A DNA stretch of 64,000 nucleotides from an uncultured virus (IMG/VR IMGVR_UViG_3300007552_000001) (IMGVR_UViG_3300007552_000001), one strand, 5' to 3'. Shown: positions 39,084-49,571, numbered from the stretch's first letter. Program-made: numbers and translations. The notes: generated by a model not told the origin, from the letters alone.

Positions 39084-39515
39084 ATGCTAGACGAAACAAA
39101 ATTATTTGATTTTGTAAAGATTATGTTTACAAAACCTAATCAATACAAGAACGTAAAGAACTTTAATAAGAAGAGACACCACTTCATGATTAACAGGTTT
39201 TTTGCTATTAAATATCCATCAAATGCACAGTTATTTAATGTAAATGGAATTAATGGCAACGCAGTTATCGATAGTTGGCACATGGTATCTTCAAGATTTA
39301 GGTCAGTTCCAGGATGGATCTATACTAAAACCAAGAAAGCAGCTCCAAAACCTAAAAAATCAAAAAAAGAATATATACCTAAAGAAGAAACAATTAAATT
39401 CTTTTTACAAAGAAATGAAATTGGAATGAGAGAGTTCAATGATCTTAAGAAATTTAACCCGGTTGAATTAAATAAGAATCTATTGGAATTAGAAAACACA
39501 ATGCAGGTATATTAA
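39084..39515 (+). CDS. Probable clamp loader small subunit (gp62-like)
   Basis: LFDFV...FMINRFF....P..A...N pattern; near gp44. Confidence 0.5.
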   Translation: MLDETKLFDFVKIMFTKPNQYKNVKNFNKKRHHFMINRFFAIKYPSNAQLFNVNGINGNAVIDSWHMVSSRFRSVPGWIYTKTKKAAPKPKKSKKEYIPKEETIKFFLQRNEIGMREFNDLKKFNPVELNKNLLELENTMQVY

Positions 39516-40169
39516 ATGATTAGCTACTACGACTTTAATGATGTGGCCACTGTCGTTGACGCCACTCTATTCAAATATAATTATATCGACAATAAGATTC
39601 TTACATTAGTAAAGAATCAATTGGACTATAGGGTCGTTAATGATGGATCTCTTCTTGTAAGTAAAGAGCAATTATCTTTGTTTTTAAAGGAAAACTTTCA
39701 ATCCGATATTAATAGAATCAACGCAACTGGTTTTGAACAATTTCATAAAGAAGCAACTACTATTTATTTTCTACACAAGATCTTAACAGATTTTACAAAC
39801 TTAGAATATATTAAGCTGACTATCAATAAAAATAAATCTTATAGTAGATTATCCGACATAGATGGAATTAAGACTCTTCGATTTAATTTTAAAGTATTGG
39901 CAGGAACATTAAGGCTATATGATATATTTCAACAAGAAAAAGATTTACAAGAAATAAACTCTACTTTAATTTCACTAGGTCTTATGAAAAAGAATGTTCC
40001 TTATGCAAGGCACCATGCTTCTCATATATTCAATGCTTTAGATTCTTTTGTAAGATCGAGAGAAGGTTCAGATGAAAAAGAATTTGATACTGCATTAGAT
40101 CTAATGGACTGCATAGAAGCTAAGATCCAAGATGATAATCCCAAAATAATGTTAATCACTGATTACTAG
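39516..40169 (+). CDS. Hypothetical protein
   Basis: Coupled ORF. Confidence 0.6.
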   Translation: MISYYDFNDVATVVDATLFKYNYIDNKILTLVKNQLDYRVVNDGSLLVSKEQLSLFLKENFQSDINRINATGFEQFHKEATTIYFLHKILTDFTNLEYIKLTINKNKSYSRLSDIDGIKTLRFNFKVLAGTLRLYDIFQQEKDLQEINSTLISLGLMKKNVPYARHHASHIFNALDSFVRSREGSDEKEFDTALDLMDCIEAKIQDDNPKIMLITDY

Positions 40170-40181
40170 CTTTCTTTAACG

Positions 40182-40189
40182 AATATATA
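40182..40189 (+). promoter_or_regulatory. Putative late promoter AATATATA
   Basis: Motif match. Confidence 0.6.
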
Positions 40190-40210
40190 GACAAAAGAAC
40201 TAGATATTAA

Positions 40211-42160
40211 ATGGTAACAGGATATACTGCAAACGCAAACGGAGATCAACTTATAGCATCCCTACAAGATCCTTTTCAGAACGTAATAAAGATTACGGAT
40301 TGGGAAATTATAGCAGGTTTAACAACACCACAAACAAAGGGTGTAGTTATATTGAATGCAGGATCTCCAACGGTAATAGGAATGGGAACAGATTTTACAT
40401 TTCTAACCAATGGCGATGAAATTGTATTAGGAAATAAAATATTTCAAGTTAGCAGCATAACAGATGCATATACTTTGGAATTAACAACACCACCTCAGTT
40501 TTCAACACAACCATCTGGAATAGAATTTTTCTTAGTTCCTAATGAATCAAATAAATTTGATTATGAATTTAGATGGTCACAGACTGGTGGATCTTTTTCA
40601 GAATTTTCAGAATTAAATAAAACTTCAAACATCGGAGATTTATTCAGTTTAGATTTTAATAATACACTTCCACTTTACATTGACCTAAAAGCAGAAGTAT
40701 CTTCATTATCCGGAAGTAACTCTTTATCTCTTATTTCAATCACATACACTACACAAACCGAAGACGGTATTGTTGAAGCATGTCCTAACTTTTGCGTTGA
40801 GTGTTTAGATCCCTTTTCAATGGACGGATGTGCAAACATTATCGTAGAAGAATGTAATGATAATTTATTTAATCCATATAATTTAAGTAAATCTACTAAA
40901 TTCGTAAAACAAATTACAGGATTAGTAAGCAATATCTTTGGTCATGAAGTAAACTATTTTAGAACTGAACCAGATATGAGAACAGAAGACGTTACTCTTA
41001 TGGAATATAGTTTACATGATGTAGTAGATAATAAAAACATAAAGATATTAGTCCCAGGAAATGAATTTCCTGAAGAAAGTATAACTTTCGATATATTCGG
41101 AATGGATTTCGCAGACTTTGAAATTCATATTACTCAAGAAGAATTTGACAATGCATTTGGAGAAAGAGATTCAGCTGGAAATTTAATAAAAAGCAGATAC
41201 CCTAGATCTAAGGATTACATGTATATTCCTATTATTAATAGAATGTACGAGGTTCATACTATAGCTTTAGCCGATGAGTTTAATAAAACCAATTCATACT
41301 GGAGAGTAATGTTGAAGAAATATCAGGAAAGAACTTCAGTTAATAAAAATACGTTTGACGCTGCCACCGACGCATTAACCACTGGAATCGAAGAAGTTTT
41401 CGGAGAAAGACAAAGGGAAGAGCAGAAGAAAGATACAAATCCTCAGCAATTTAAAACAACTCTATCGACTTATAATGATGGAATTAGAAAATTTTATAAC
41501 ACTTCTTTAGAAATAAAAGATTTTGAATTAAAAAATAGATGGACAATTGTCAGTAAAAATTACTATGACCTATCTACTTTAGAGAACGAAGAATTATGTA
41601 TCGAATATGAAGCACCTTCTCAATTAGGCACTGATGAAAATATGGCAATTTCGGGATGGTTTAATCCTAGATTCAATACGGGATCTGGAGATCATTTTAT
41701 AATTGGAGATTCGACTGCATTAACAGGATTTAAATCATATATAAATGATTCAGAATTCAAGGTAATGTCTAATGGCAATACAGTAACGTTTAATCATGGA
41801 ATAAATTTACAAAAAGAATGGTATGCCTTTGTATTAAATATAAGTAATGAATTCTCTTCAATGAGTTTAAGTATTTATAATTTAAATGAAGTAGGTCTTC
41901 CTCAAAATAGCCCTACACAATTAATAGAATTATTTAATGAAGTTAAATCAGCAGGTATGGTTTGGAATTCAAATTCTAATTTCCAATTAAGAGGAAATGG
42001 AATGTATATGACAAATCTTAGAATATTTGAACAGGCTATAGAAGAAGAGCAAAGATCGAATGTATTAAATCAATACATTGTCAGAGACAACCAACGAGCA
42101 AAGATGATCGATAATGCAATACCGAGTATTGGATTTCAGAAATTCTTTCATTCTAAGTAA
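40211..42160 (+). CDS. Neck protein gp14-like core with extra N-terminal beta domain and C-terminal LamG-like domain
   Basis: FGHEVNYFR, FG......I....F, P..KD..YIP....YEV; C-term ISGWF...WY.FV...NLRIF. Confidence 0.6.
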   Translation: MVTGYTANANGDQLIASLQDPFQNVIKITDWEIIAGLTTPQTKGVVILNAGSPTVIGMGTDFTFLTNGDEIVLGNKIFQVSSITDAYTLELTTPPQFSTQPSGIEFFLVPNESNKFDYEFRWSQTGGSFSEFSELNKTSNIGDLFSLDFNNTLPLYIDLKAEVSSLSGSNSLSLISITYTTQTEDGIVEACPNFCVECLDPFSMDGCANIIVEECNDNLFNPYNLSKSTKFVKQITGLVSNIFGHEVNYFRTEPDMRTEDVTLMEYSLHDVVDNKNIKILVPGNEFPEESITFDIFGMDFADFEIHITQEEFDNAFGERDSAGNLIKSRYPRSKDYMYIPIINRMYEVHTIALADEFNKTNSYWRVMLKKYQERTSVNKNTFDAATDALTTGIEEVFGERQREEQKKDTNPQQFKTTLSTYNDGIRKFYNTSLEIKDFELKNRWTIVSKNYYDLSTLENEELCIEYEAPSQLGTDENMAISGWFNPRFNTGSGDHFIIGDSTALTGFKSYINDSEFKVMSNGNTVTFNHGINLQKEWYAFVLNISNEFSSMSLSIYNLNEVGLPQNSPTQLIELFNEVKSAGMVWNSNSNFQLRGNGMYMTNLRIFEQAIEEEQRSNVLNQYIVRDNQRAKMIDNAIPSIGFQKFFHSK

Positions 42161-42164
42161 TTAG

Positions 42165-42172
42165 GATATATA
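42165..42172 (+). promoter_or_regulatory. Putative late promoter GATATATA
   Basis: Motif match. Confidence 0.65.
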
Positions 42173-42192
42173 ATCCTATAAAACAATAACTT

Positions 42193-42843
42193 ATGTCAGA
42201 AGAAAAGAAGTCAATAAAAGACCAAGCAGAAGATATTAGAAAAGAGCTTGATGAACTTATTGGTGAAAGTGTAGATATAACAGAGGCCACGGATACTGAT
42301 CCGGCGTTTCTTCCACTTCAACCAAAGGAAGTTCTTCCATCATTTGGAGAACTTAAAACAAGATCTACTAAAACAGCTAAGAAGACTATAACAGCCCTTA
42401 TGAAATTTTATCTTGCAGAAGATATAATTGAAAAGGATGAATATATCGCTGCTAAGAAAAAGATGGATGAGATGACAATGTCTTCTTTAGTTTATCAATT
42501 ACAAGCAGGTGAAAGAGCTCTTACAACATTATTAGAAACTATCGAAGATGGTGAATTAGCTCCAAGAATGTTTGAAGTTCTTGCAACTTTACAGAAATCA
42601 ATGCTAGATATTATTAAATCCCAAACAATGTATTTAATGGCAACTGAAGAAAGTGCTAAACGAATTTCTAGAGATATAGAAATTTACAAGAAAAGAGATG
42701 ATGTTAGGGAAATAGAAGAATCAGGAGGTTCCACTGGTGATTCTGCGGTTCAAAGAGGAACTAAAGATCTTATGAGAATGATTCGTTCTGGAATCGATTC
42801 AGAAACTCAAGATATCGAAGATGTAGAACCTAACGAAGAATAA
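42193..42843 (+). CDS. Probable terminase small subunit
   Basis: Directly before terminase; PRMFEVLATL and G.T.DL motifs resemble gp16. Confidence 0.65.
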   Translation: MSEEKKSIKDQAEDIRKELDELIGESVDITEATDTDPAFLPLQPKEVLPSFGELKTRSTKTAKKTITALMKFYLAEDIIEKDEYIAAKKKMDEMTMSSLVYQLQAGERALTTLLETIEDGELAPRMFEVLATLQKSMLDIIKSQTMYLMATEESAKRISRDIEIYKKRDDVREIEESGGSTGDSAVQRGTKDLMRMIRSGIDSETQDIEDVEPNEE

Positions 42844-42845
42844 CA

Positions 42846-44672
42846 ATGAGCGATTACGTAGGAGATAATATGTGGATTCCGAAAGGAGACAAAAGCGATC
42901 CTGGTCAAAAGCTGGTATGGTCGACTAAGAATGTTGATGATCTTTTAGTAGCACTAGATAAAGGATATCGCCCACAAGTTTCTATGCCTTTTTATGAGGG
43001 TAAGCAGTTTTTACGTAAGGGTAATATTGTATTTGAATATACTGAAGAGGAAATTGCAGAGCTGGCTAAATGTGCAAATGATATTGTTTATTTTGCAGAA
43101 AAGTATGCAGTAGTAATGACAGATGAAGGTATTCAACAGGTAAAACTTAGAGAATATCAAAAAGAATTATTACATAACTTTCAAAACGAAAGATTTAATA
43201 TTGTATTAGCGGCCAGACAAATGGGTAAAACCGTAACAGCCTCTATTTTTAATGCATGGTATGTTACATTTAACTATGATAAAACTACTCTTCTTTTAGC
43301 CAATAAATCAGATTCAACAAAAGAAATTATAGATAAAGCAAAGGTAGTTATTGAAAACCTTCCTTTCTTTATGAAACCAGGTATTATTAAGTATGACGTT
43401 ATGAATGTACGTTCAGATAATGGATGTAGATTAGTAGGTCAATCAACTACTGCAAAATCAGGTATTGGTTTTACTATTCATAACTTATATCTTGATGAGT
43501 TTGCACACATTCATCCAACTATAGTTGATTCATTCTATGAAAATGTATATCCTACATTATCAGCTTCTAAGGTATCTAGAATTAATATTACTTCAACACC
43601 GAATGGATTTAATAAATTCTATGAAATTTATGCAGGTGCCGAAAAAGGAGAAAATGAATATACACCAACGAGAGTTGATTGGTGGCAGCATCCAGATAGA
43701 GATGATGCATGGTATGAAAGAGAACTTGGAAACTTAGGTTCTGAAGAAGCCTTTAATAGACAATATGGAAATGAATTCGTAAGTTCTTCTAATCTATTAT
43801 TAAGCCCAATGGTTATGAAAACCATGAGAAAGAATTCACATGAATTTATATGGCATGATTTAGAAGATTTCGAAAATATACAAATAGATACAAAGGGAGT
43901 TCTAGGATTTCATAAAGACTTCGATCCTGAAGGAGCAAAAGAATCTAATAGATTTTATTTGTTTTCAGTAGACATCGCAGAAGGCAACGGAGGTGATTAC
44001 TCTGTAATTAATGTTTTCGAAGTAGAACCAATGGAAGATAAGGACATTATTGATGCAGTGACACCCGGTGCAATGTATGACTTTTTTAGATTGAATCAAG
44101 TAGCAGTCTTTAGATCTAATGAACATGTTATTGAAGATTTTGCAAAGGTTCTATATACATTAGCTGTTGAGATATTTAATCCTGAAAATGTTAAGATGAT
44201 TATAGAATTCAATACATACGGTTCTATCTTATTAAAATATTTACAAACAGTTTATCCTTCAAGAAATGAATTTGAAGACGAGATGGTATTAAGGTTTAAA
44301 CATAGACATGATTCAAGAGCCTTAAAACCAGGTATAAAATTAAAAGCAGATAACAAATCAGTGTTTTGCCAAAATTTTAAAAAATTAATTGAAAATAATA
44401 GAATAAAAATAAATGACACAGAAACTGTAAATGAAGCAAGTCTTTTCGGTAGTCTTAAAAATGGAAGCTATGGTGCTCAAATGGGTAATGATGATATCAT
44501 TATGACAGGAATCACTGCCACTGAATTTTTTAACACTACAGATTATGCAGATTACATCGAAGAATTGCTAGATTTCATAGATCCTGAAAAGTATAAATTA
44601 ATGGAAACTACTCTATATCAACAAAATGATTCAGCCGGAGATATGCAGTATGATATTTATGATCTTATATAG
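42846..44672 (+). CDS. gp17: Terminase large subunit
   Basis: LREYQ, ARQMGKT, LYLDEFAH, STPNG.N.FY, VD.AEG.GGDYS, DD. Confidence 0.95.
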   Translation: MSDYVGDNMWIPKGDKSDPGQKLVWSTKNVDDLLVALDKGYRPQVSMPFYEGKQFLRKGNIVFEYTEEEIAELAKCANDIVYFAEKYAVVMTDEGIQQVKLREYQKELLHNFQNERFNIVLAARQMGKTVTASIFNAWYVTFNYDKTTLLLANKSDSTKEIIDKAKVVIENLPFFMKPGIIKYDVMNVRSDNGCRLVGQSTTAKSGIGFTIHNLYLDEFAHIHPTIVDSFYENVYPTLSASKVSRINITSTPNGFNKFYEIYAGAEKGENEYTPTRVDWWQHPDRDDAWYERELGNLGSEEAFNRQYGNEFVSSSNLLLSPMVMKTMRKNSHEFIWHDLEDFENIQIDTKGVLGFHKDFDPEGAKESNRFYLFSVDIAEGNGGDYSVINVFEVEPMEDKDIIDAVTPGAMYDFFRLNQVAVFRSNEHVIEDFAKVLYTLAVEIFNPENVKMIIEFNTYGSILLKYLQTVYPSRNEFEDEMVLRFKHRHDSRALKPGIKLKADNKSVFCQNFKKLIENNRIKINDTETVNEASLFGSLKNGSYGAQMGNDDIIMTGITATEFFNTTDYADYIEELLDFIDPEKYKLMETTLYQQNDSAGDMQYDIYDLI

Positions 44673-44693
44673 ACTAAACTCCAGATTTACACA

Positions 44694-44701
44694 GATATAT
44701 A
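44694..44701 (+). promoter_or_regulatory. Putative late promoter GATATATA
   Basis: Motif match. Confidence 0.65.
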
Positions 44702-44734
44702 GATTAACAAATAAAAAAATAAAATTAAATAACT

Positions 44735-47416
44735 ATGGCACTAAGTCCTCAATTATTACAATTCAAGAGTTCAGGCGTTTACAGATTGGAATTTGATAAA
44801 TCCCAAACTGCTAATATTGACGTTTCTACTCTTAGGCTGGTTGTTGGTCACTCAAGAAAGGGACCTTATAATACACCAGTATTAATCGAAAACGTTGAAG
44901 CATTCATTCAAGTATATGGAAACATCGACAAGTCGTTAGAGAAAAAAGGAATGTTCTTCCACAGATCAGCTAAGGCTGCTCTTTCAAGAGGACCTATCCT
45001 AGCTCTTAACCTTGCTCATTTTGGAGAAAATGATTTAGCTTCAGCTGCACAAATTTCAACAAATGGATCATATAAAACTGATGCCTTAATGGAAAGACCA
45101 GCTGGAAATACATGGGTGGCAGGAGATGCTATTCCTGGTACTGGATCACCTGCACAGGCTCCAGTTGCAACCGCTATTACAGACGCGGCAGCGGCTACAC
45201 TTTCAGTAGACGGTTTAACTTTAACATTAGCAGGTGTAGATTTAACATCTAGCCTAGTAGGTACTTTCTATTTACTTTCAGATGCAGGTAGTGAACCTCA
45301 TATCGAAGCAACAGCTGCGTTTGATGGTACAGATACTGTAATTACAGCTTTAGATGCTATCAATACAGCTCACGACGGTGCTTCAACAAGCTTTAATATT
45401 TATGATATGGCATCGACTATCGCTGAAGTATTACCAGATACATACTCAGAAGCTGATGTAGCTGCAGACTTTACTATTGCAACATATCCTGAATTAGGTC
45501 ACCAAACTGGAGACTATGCTTATGCTAATTTCTTTGACACAGATAAATTCATGATTCCTTCTGACGAAAAAGTATTACAAACACTGGGACAGGATTCTAA
45601 TCAAGTTTTAAACTTTGTAAATATTAAACAAACCCCAATCACAGTTTTCACAAGAAAAGCACAAGATACTGATGGCTTTAATGTTACTGCAAGAGAATGG
45701 TATGGAGAAGGAAATGTTCCAGCATATTTAGATAATAAAGATTTAATGTCAGATTATATGATTGACGTATTTGTATTCAAAGGTAAATTTGATGCTGCGG
45801 CAATGGACACTGATCCAGTTTATGGATATTACTTTGACAATAAAGGTTTAAGAAAAGAGCTAATAGAACAATTTGCAAATTTAAGACAAGTTGAAATGAT
45901 AGGTTCTTATACAGGTTCAATGCTTCCAGGTTTTAAAGACTTAGAAGGAAGAAACGTATATATCGAAACAATGATTAACGCTGAAGCAAGAAGAACAGGT
46001 TTATTCTGTGCAATTGCTGAAGATTTAGTAACTGACGAATCTGGAGATACTCCAATTGATTTAGTTGGTCACACATTTGACGAAGCCGCTCAAGATCAAG
46101 TAGTATTATCTTACGACATTGCAAATAGAACAATATTATTCCCTGGGTCAGATTTAACATACTCTGCTGATGGAACTAATGCAATATTTACCTACACTGG
46201 TGCACTATCTACATTTAATCCTGAAGTTAAAAAAGGAAATTATATCAGAACAGGTGAAAGATTAGCTCTAGTTGAGCAGGTTGCTGTTTCTAAAAACGAA
46301 AGCGGACAAATAGTATGGACTATTAAATTATCAGAAGCGGCTCCTTTAGTTGCCCCTACTGCATTTGTTGAATCTTTAGAAGATGCAGCAGTTTCATATA
46401 CTCCATTCGTATTAAATGGCGCAGATATTGAAGCAGAAACTATTACTTCATGTTTACAGGCTATTTCATTAGGAACAGGATTGGCAACTGGTTTAGTAGA
46501 TAAAGATGCAATTGACTTTAGATATATTGTTGATACATTTGGATCTTACGATTTAAATGGATTACAAAATAAAATTCAATTATCTCAATTAGCAAAAGAA
46601 AGACAAAACGCAGCAGCTATATTAAATGCACCAATGGTAAAAGACTTTAAAGAATCTACGGATCCTTCATTTAAAGATCAATTTGGCTCATTTAAAACTT
46701 CATACATTAAAGATGGAGGTAACTTAGATCAAAATCCAACATCACTATATACATTACCGAGTATCGCAGATGGTGCAAACTTTGCATTCTACTATGGTCC
46801 TGGTCTTATTGTAAGAGAAAATGGAAAAGATTTAATCGTTCCACCAGCTGCTTATGTATCTAATAACTATATTGATAAATACACAGACGCTTTACCATGG
46901 TCAATTGTCGCTGGTCCTAGAAGAGGTGTTGTTGCTGGAACTAACGTTGCAGGAGCTGAATATTCTTTTGACAAATCAGATAGAGACATTTTAGAGCCAT
47001 TTGGTTATAACCCAATTGTATTCCAAAGAGGAGTTGGTTTAACTATCTTAGGAAATAAAACTGCACAGCAATCTATTAAATCATCACTATCTTCAGCTCA
47101 CGTTAGAGAAGTGTTAATTTACATTCAAGATGCAATGGCAGATATCCTTAAGGATTACGTATTCGAATTTAATAATGCACAAACTAGATTAGAAATCAAA
47201 ACTTTAGCAGATTCATTAATGGAATCAGTTAGACAAGACGGTGGAGTATATGATTTCAAAAACGTAATGGATCAATCAAATAACACAGGTGAGGTAATTG
47301 ATAACAACATCGGTATCATAGATACATTTGTTGAGCCAGTTAAAGGTTTAGAAATAGTTGTACATAGAACAACGATTTTAAATACTGGTGAAATTTCAAC
47401 AGGAAACTTTAGTTAA
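44735..47416 (+). CDS. gp18: Contractile tail sheath protein
   Basis: SGVY..E.D, KGP...P, PWS..AG.RRG, NPI, G.KT, VFEFN...TR, N...VID.N. Confidence 0.92.
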   Translation: MALSPQLLQFKSSGVYRLEFDKSQTANIDVSTLRLVVGHSRKGPYNTPVLIENVEAFIQVYGNIDKSLEKKGMFFHRSAKAALSRGPILALNLAHFGENDLASAAQISTNGSYKTDALMERPAGNTWVAGDAIPGTGSPAQAPVATAITDAAAATLSVDGLTLTLAGVDLTSSLVGTFYLLSDAGSEPHIEATAAFDGTDTVITALDAINTAHDGASTSFNIYDMASTIAEVLPDTYSEADVAADFTIATYPELGHQTGDYAYANFFDTDKFMIPSDEKVLQTLGQDSNQVLNFVNIKQTPITVFTRKAQDTDGFNVTAREWYGEGNVPAYLDNKDLMSDYMIDVFVFKGKFDAAAMDTDPVYGYYFDNKGLRKELIEQFANLRQVEMIGSYTGSMLPGFKDLEGRNVYIETMINAEARRTGLFCAIAEDLVTDESGDTPIDLVGHTFDEAAQDQVVLSYDIANRTILFPGSDLTYSADGTNAIFTYTGALSTFNPEVKKGNYIRTGERLALVEQVAVSKNESGQIVWTIKLSEAAPLVAPTAFVESLEDAAVSYTPFVLNGADIEAETITSCLQAISLGTGLATGLVDKDAIDFRYIVDTFGSYDLNGLQNKIQLSQLAKERQNAAAILNAPMVKDFKESTDPSFKDQFGSFKTSYIKDGGNLDQNPTSLYTLPSIADGANFAFYYGPGLIVRENGKDLIVPPAAYVSNNYIDKYTDALPWSIVAGPRRGVVAGTNVAGAEYSFDKSDRDILEPFGYNPIVFQRGVGLTILGNKTAQQSIKSSLSSAHVREVLIYIQDAMADILKDYVFEFNNAQTRLEIKTLADSLMESVRQDGGVYDFKNVMDQSNNTGEVIDNNIGIIDTFVEPVKGLEIVVHRTTILNTGEISTGNFS

Positions 47417-47419
47417 GAA

Positions 47420-47427
47420 GATATATA
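47420..47427 (+). promoter_or_regulatory. Putative late promoter GATATATA
   Basis: Motif match. Confidence 0.65.
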
Positions 47428-47452
47428 ATAAAAAATAAAACAATAAAGACTT

Positions 47453-48007
47453 ATGGCTTTACCACACTATTCACAAGATCAAACTAGTAAGGCGGGTAGA
47501 CAATTCGAACCAGTACAAGGAAACTTATTTGAGGTAACTATTTTACCTCCTGCTGGAGTTGCTGATGCACCGCTATTACTTCAACATGTTAACACTGTTA
47601 GCGGGTTGGAATTATATAAAGCACCTGGAGAGGTAGCACAGAAATACAAATTCTCTTCACGTTCATACGCTGGAATGCCAGATGATACTACACTTACAGT
47701 GGGTATTAACTTTTCGTTAAATTTAAACGAGGCAAACCAAGCTTATTTATATAAAACAATGAGACAATGGTATAACTTAGCTTACGATCCACAAACTGGG
47801 GTAATGGGCTTAAAGAAAGACTATACTGGAACAATCGTAATCGTACAATTCAATAGAGCTGGAGATATTTACAGAACTATAACATTAGAAGATTGCTGGA
47901 TTAATTCTGGACTTCCATTCACTAACGACTTAAGTTATGAATCTCCAGAAGCTGCTGCTTTAGAAGTAACATGGAAATGTGATACTTTTAAAGAAGTATT
48001 AGCTTAA
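47453..48007 (+). CDS. gp19: Tail tube protein
   Basis: NLFEV, W...YDP.TG, Y..TI.I....R.G; follows sheath. Confidence 0.85.
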   Translation: MALPHYSQDQTSKAGRQFEPVQGNLFEVTILPPAGVADAPLLLQHVNTVSGLELYKAPGEVAQKYKFSSRSYAGMPDDTTLTVGINFSLNLNEANQAYLYKTMRQWYNLAYDPQTGVMGLKKDYTGTIVIVQFNRAGDIYRTITLEDCWINSGLPFTNDLSYESPEAAALEVTWKCDTFKEVLA

Positions 48008-48018
48008 TTTATTAAAAG

Positions 48019-48050
48019 TAGGACGACCTTAATTGGCTCGTCCTATTTTT
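48019..48050 (+). terminator. Intrinsic terminator
   Basis: TAGGACGA-loop-TCGTCCTA followed by T run. Confidence 0.8.
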
Positions 48051-48084
48051 ATGAAACTAAAATATAATATAATGATATAATAAT

Positions 48085-48303
48085 ATGTCCAGTAAACTAA
48101 CGAAGAAATTACAGGTATTACTCTCTGAAGAAGAAGTGTTTATCATAAACAGAATTATACTAAACGAGGCGATTGAAAATGGAGAGAGACCGGTTTCAGT
48201 TTCGGCGTTTATCAGAGACTTAATAAGACAAGAAATAGATAAAAAAAGCGATCTTCAAAAGAGTTGGGATCGAAACAGAATTAAACAACTCAAATCTAAA
48301 TAA
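48085..48303 (+). CDS. Ribbon-helix-helix-like DNA-binding protein
   Basis: KKLQVLLSEEE...SVSAFIRDLI; variant TGAAAC-type promoter at 48052-48081. Confidence 0.6.
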   Translation: MSSKLTKKLQVLLSEEEVFIINRIILNEAIENGERPVSVSAFIRDLIRQEIDKKSDLQKSWDRNRIKQLKSK

Positions 48304-48309
48304 TAAAAC

Positions 48310-49272
48310 ATGAGCGAAGACAAAAACAACCCAGTTGACCTTGACAAGCAATATAAAGCTATGATAGAGGATAACGAAAACAATGCACCTGTAGAAGCTG
48401 AAGAACCAGTTGATCTAGGAAAGGTGGACATGAATAAGTTTAAACCACAGGAAGCTAAGGAAGCAGATTTCCATTTAGGATATCATAGTGTTTCTCATGC
48501 TGAACTTCCTTCAGGTGGAATGTTCTATAATGAAAAATCAGAAATTTCTATTAGAGCTGCAAAGGTTTCAGAAATTAGACACTTTTCTACAGTAGACGAG
48601 AATAATGTACTAGATATTGATGAAAAATTAAATAACATAATTGAATCATGTGTAAGAATTACATCCGGATCTAAAAGAATGTCGTATAGAGATATTTTAG
48701 AGGAAGATAGATTCTATTTAGTTTTAGCTATTAGAGATCTTACTTTCCCAGAACCTGAAAGTCAATTGACAGTTCCTTATCAAGATAAAAAAGGAGGAAG
48801 ACACACTGCTGAAGTAAGTAAGAAATATTTTCAATATTTTAAAATACCAGTAGAATTAGATAAGTATTATGATCAAGAATCTAAGAGTTTTAAAATTGAA
48901 ACAAAATCCTTTGGTATAATTGAAATGACTCCACCTAGTATCGGGGTTATGCAAAAAATGACTAAACATATTAAAGATAAGCAGGAAAAAGGAGAAATAG
49001 CAGATCAATCTATTCTACAAATAATTCCTTATATCGTAAATGATTGGAGACAATATACTGATAAGACTATCTTTAATTTTGAAATGGAAGTTAATGGTTG
49101 GTCAAATAAGAAATATAGTTTAGTATACAAATTAGCAGAAAAATTAAAAGTCGGAATCCAGCCTGAGATGTTGGTACCGCACGAGGATGACGAGGTCCTC
49201 GTTCCGATTGGGTTTCGTGACGGAATCAAATCTTTATTCATTGTTCAAGATCTCTCTGGAGAACTTCTTTAA
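48310..49272 (+). CDS. Baseplate hub / tail assembly protein (gp26-like)
   Basis: LPSGG.FY, IR..KV.E, D..YL.L.IR; lies between tube and tape measure. Confidence 0.65.
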   Translation: MSEDKNNPVDLDKQYKAMIEDNENNAPVEAEEPVDLGKVDMNKFKPQEAKEADFHLGYHSVSHAELPSGGMFYNEKSEISIRAAKVSEIRHFSTVDENNVLDIDEKLNNIIESCVRITSGSKRMSYRDILEEDRFYLVLAIRDLTFPEPESQLTVPYQDKKGGRHTAEVSKKYFQYFKIPVELDKYYDQESKSFKIETKSFGIIEMTPPSIGVMQKMTKHIKDKQEKGEIADQSILQIIPYIVNDWRQYTDKTIFNFEMEVNGWSNKKYSLVYKLAEKLKVGIQPEMLVPHEDDEVLVPIGFRDGIKSLFIVQDLSGELL

Positions 49273-49489
49273 AACGAAGTTTCATATCTATAGAGTCTTA
49301 CATGTACAACCTTCCGAATTGGAAAACATGGATTATTATGAATTTTACTATCTCGTAAAAGATCTAACTGATCATTTACAGAAAGAAAATGAAGCTAATA
49401 AGGGACAACAAGAACAAAGTGAACAGATGCAACAGAATATGAAAATTCCAAAAATGAATATTCCAAAAATATCAGTTCCTAAATTATAA
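49187..49489 (+). CDS. gp51-like tail assembly protein; start uncertain (TTG 49241 or +1 frameshift)
   Basis: SLENFFKTKF......PSELENM.YYE pattern; overlaps the upstream gene in the +1 frame. Confidence 0.55.
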   Translation: MTRSSFRLGFVTESNLYSLFKISLENFFKTKFHIYRVLHVQPSELENMDYYEFYYLVKDLTDHLQKENEANKGQQEQSEQMQQNMKIPKMNIPKISVPKL

Positions 49490-49497
49490 TAAACTTT

Positions 49498-49531
49498 AAA
49501 GGAATAATGGGAACTGTCCCGTTATTCCTTT
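49498..49531 (+). terminator. Hairpin / terminator
   Basis: AAAGGAATAATGGGA-ACTG-TCCCGTTATTCCTTT. Confidence 0.7.
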
Positions 49532-49539
49532 AATATATA
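49532..49539 (+). promoter_or_regulatory. Putative late promoter AATATATA
   Basis: Motif match. Confidence 0.6.
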
Positions 49540-49571
49540 GACTATAAACTAAATAAAATTATAAGATTAGT

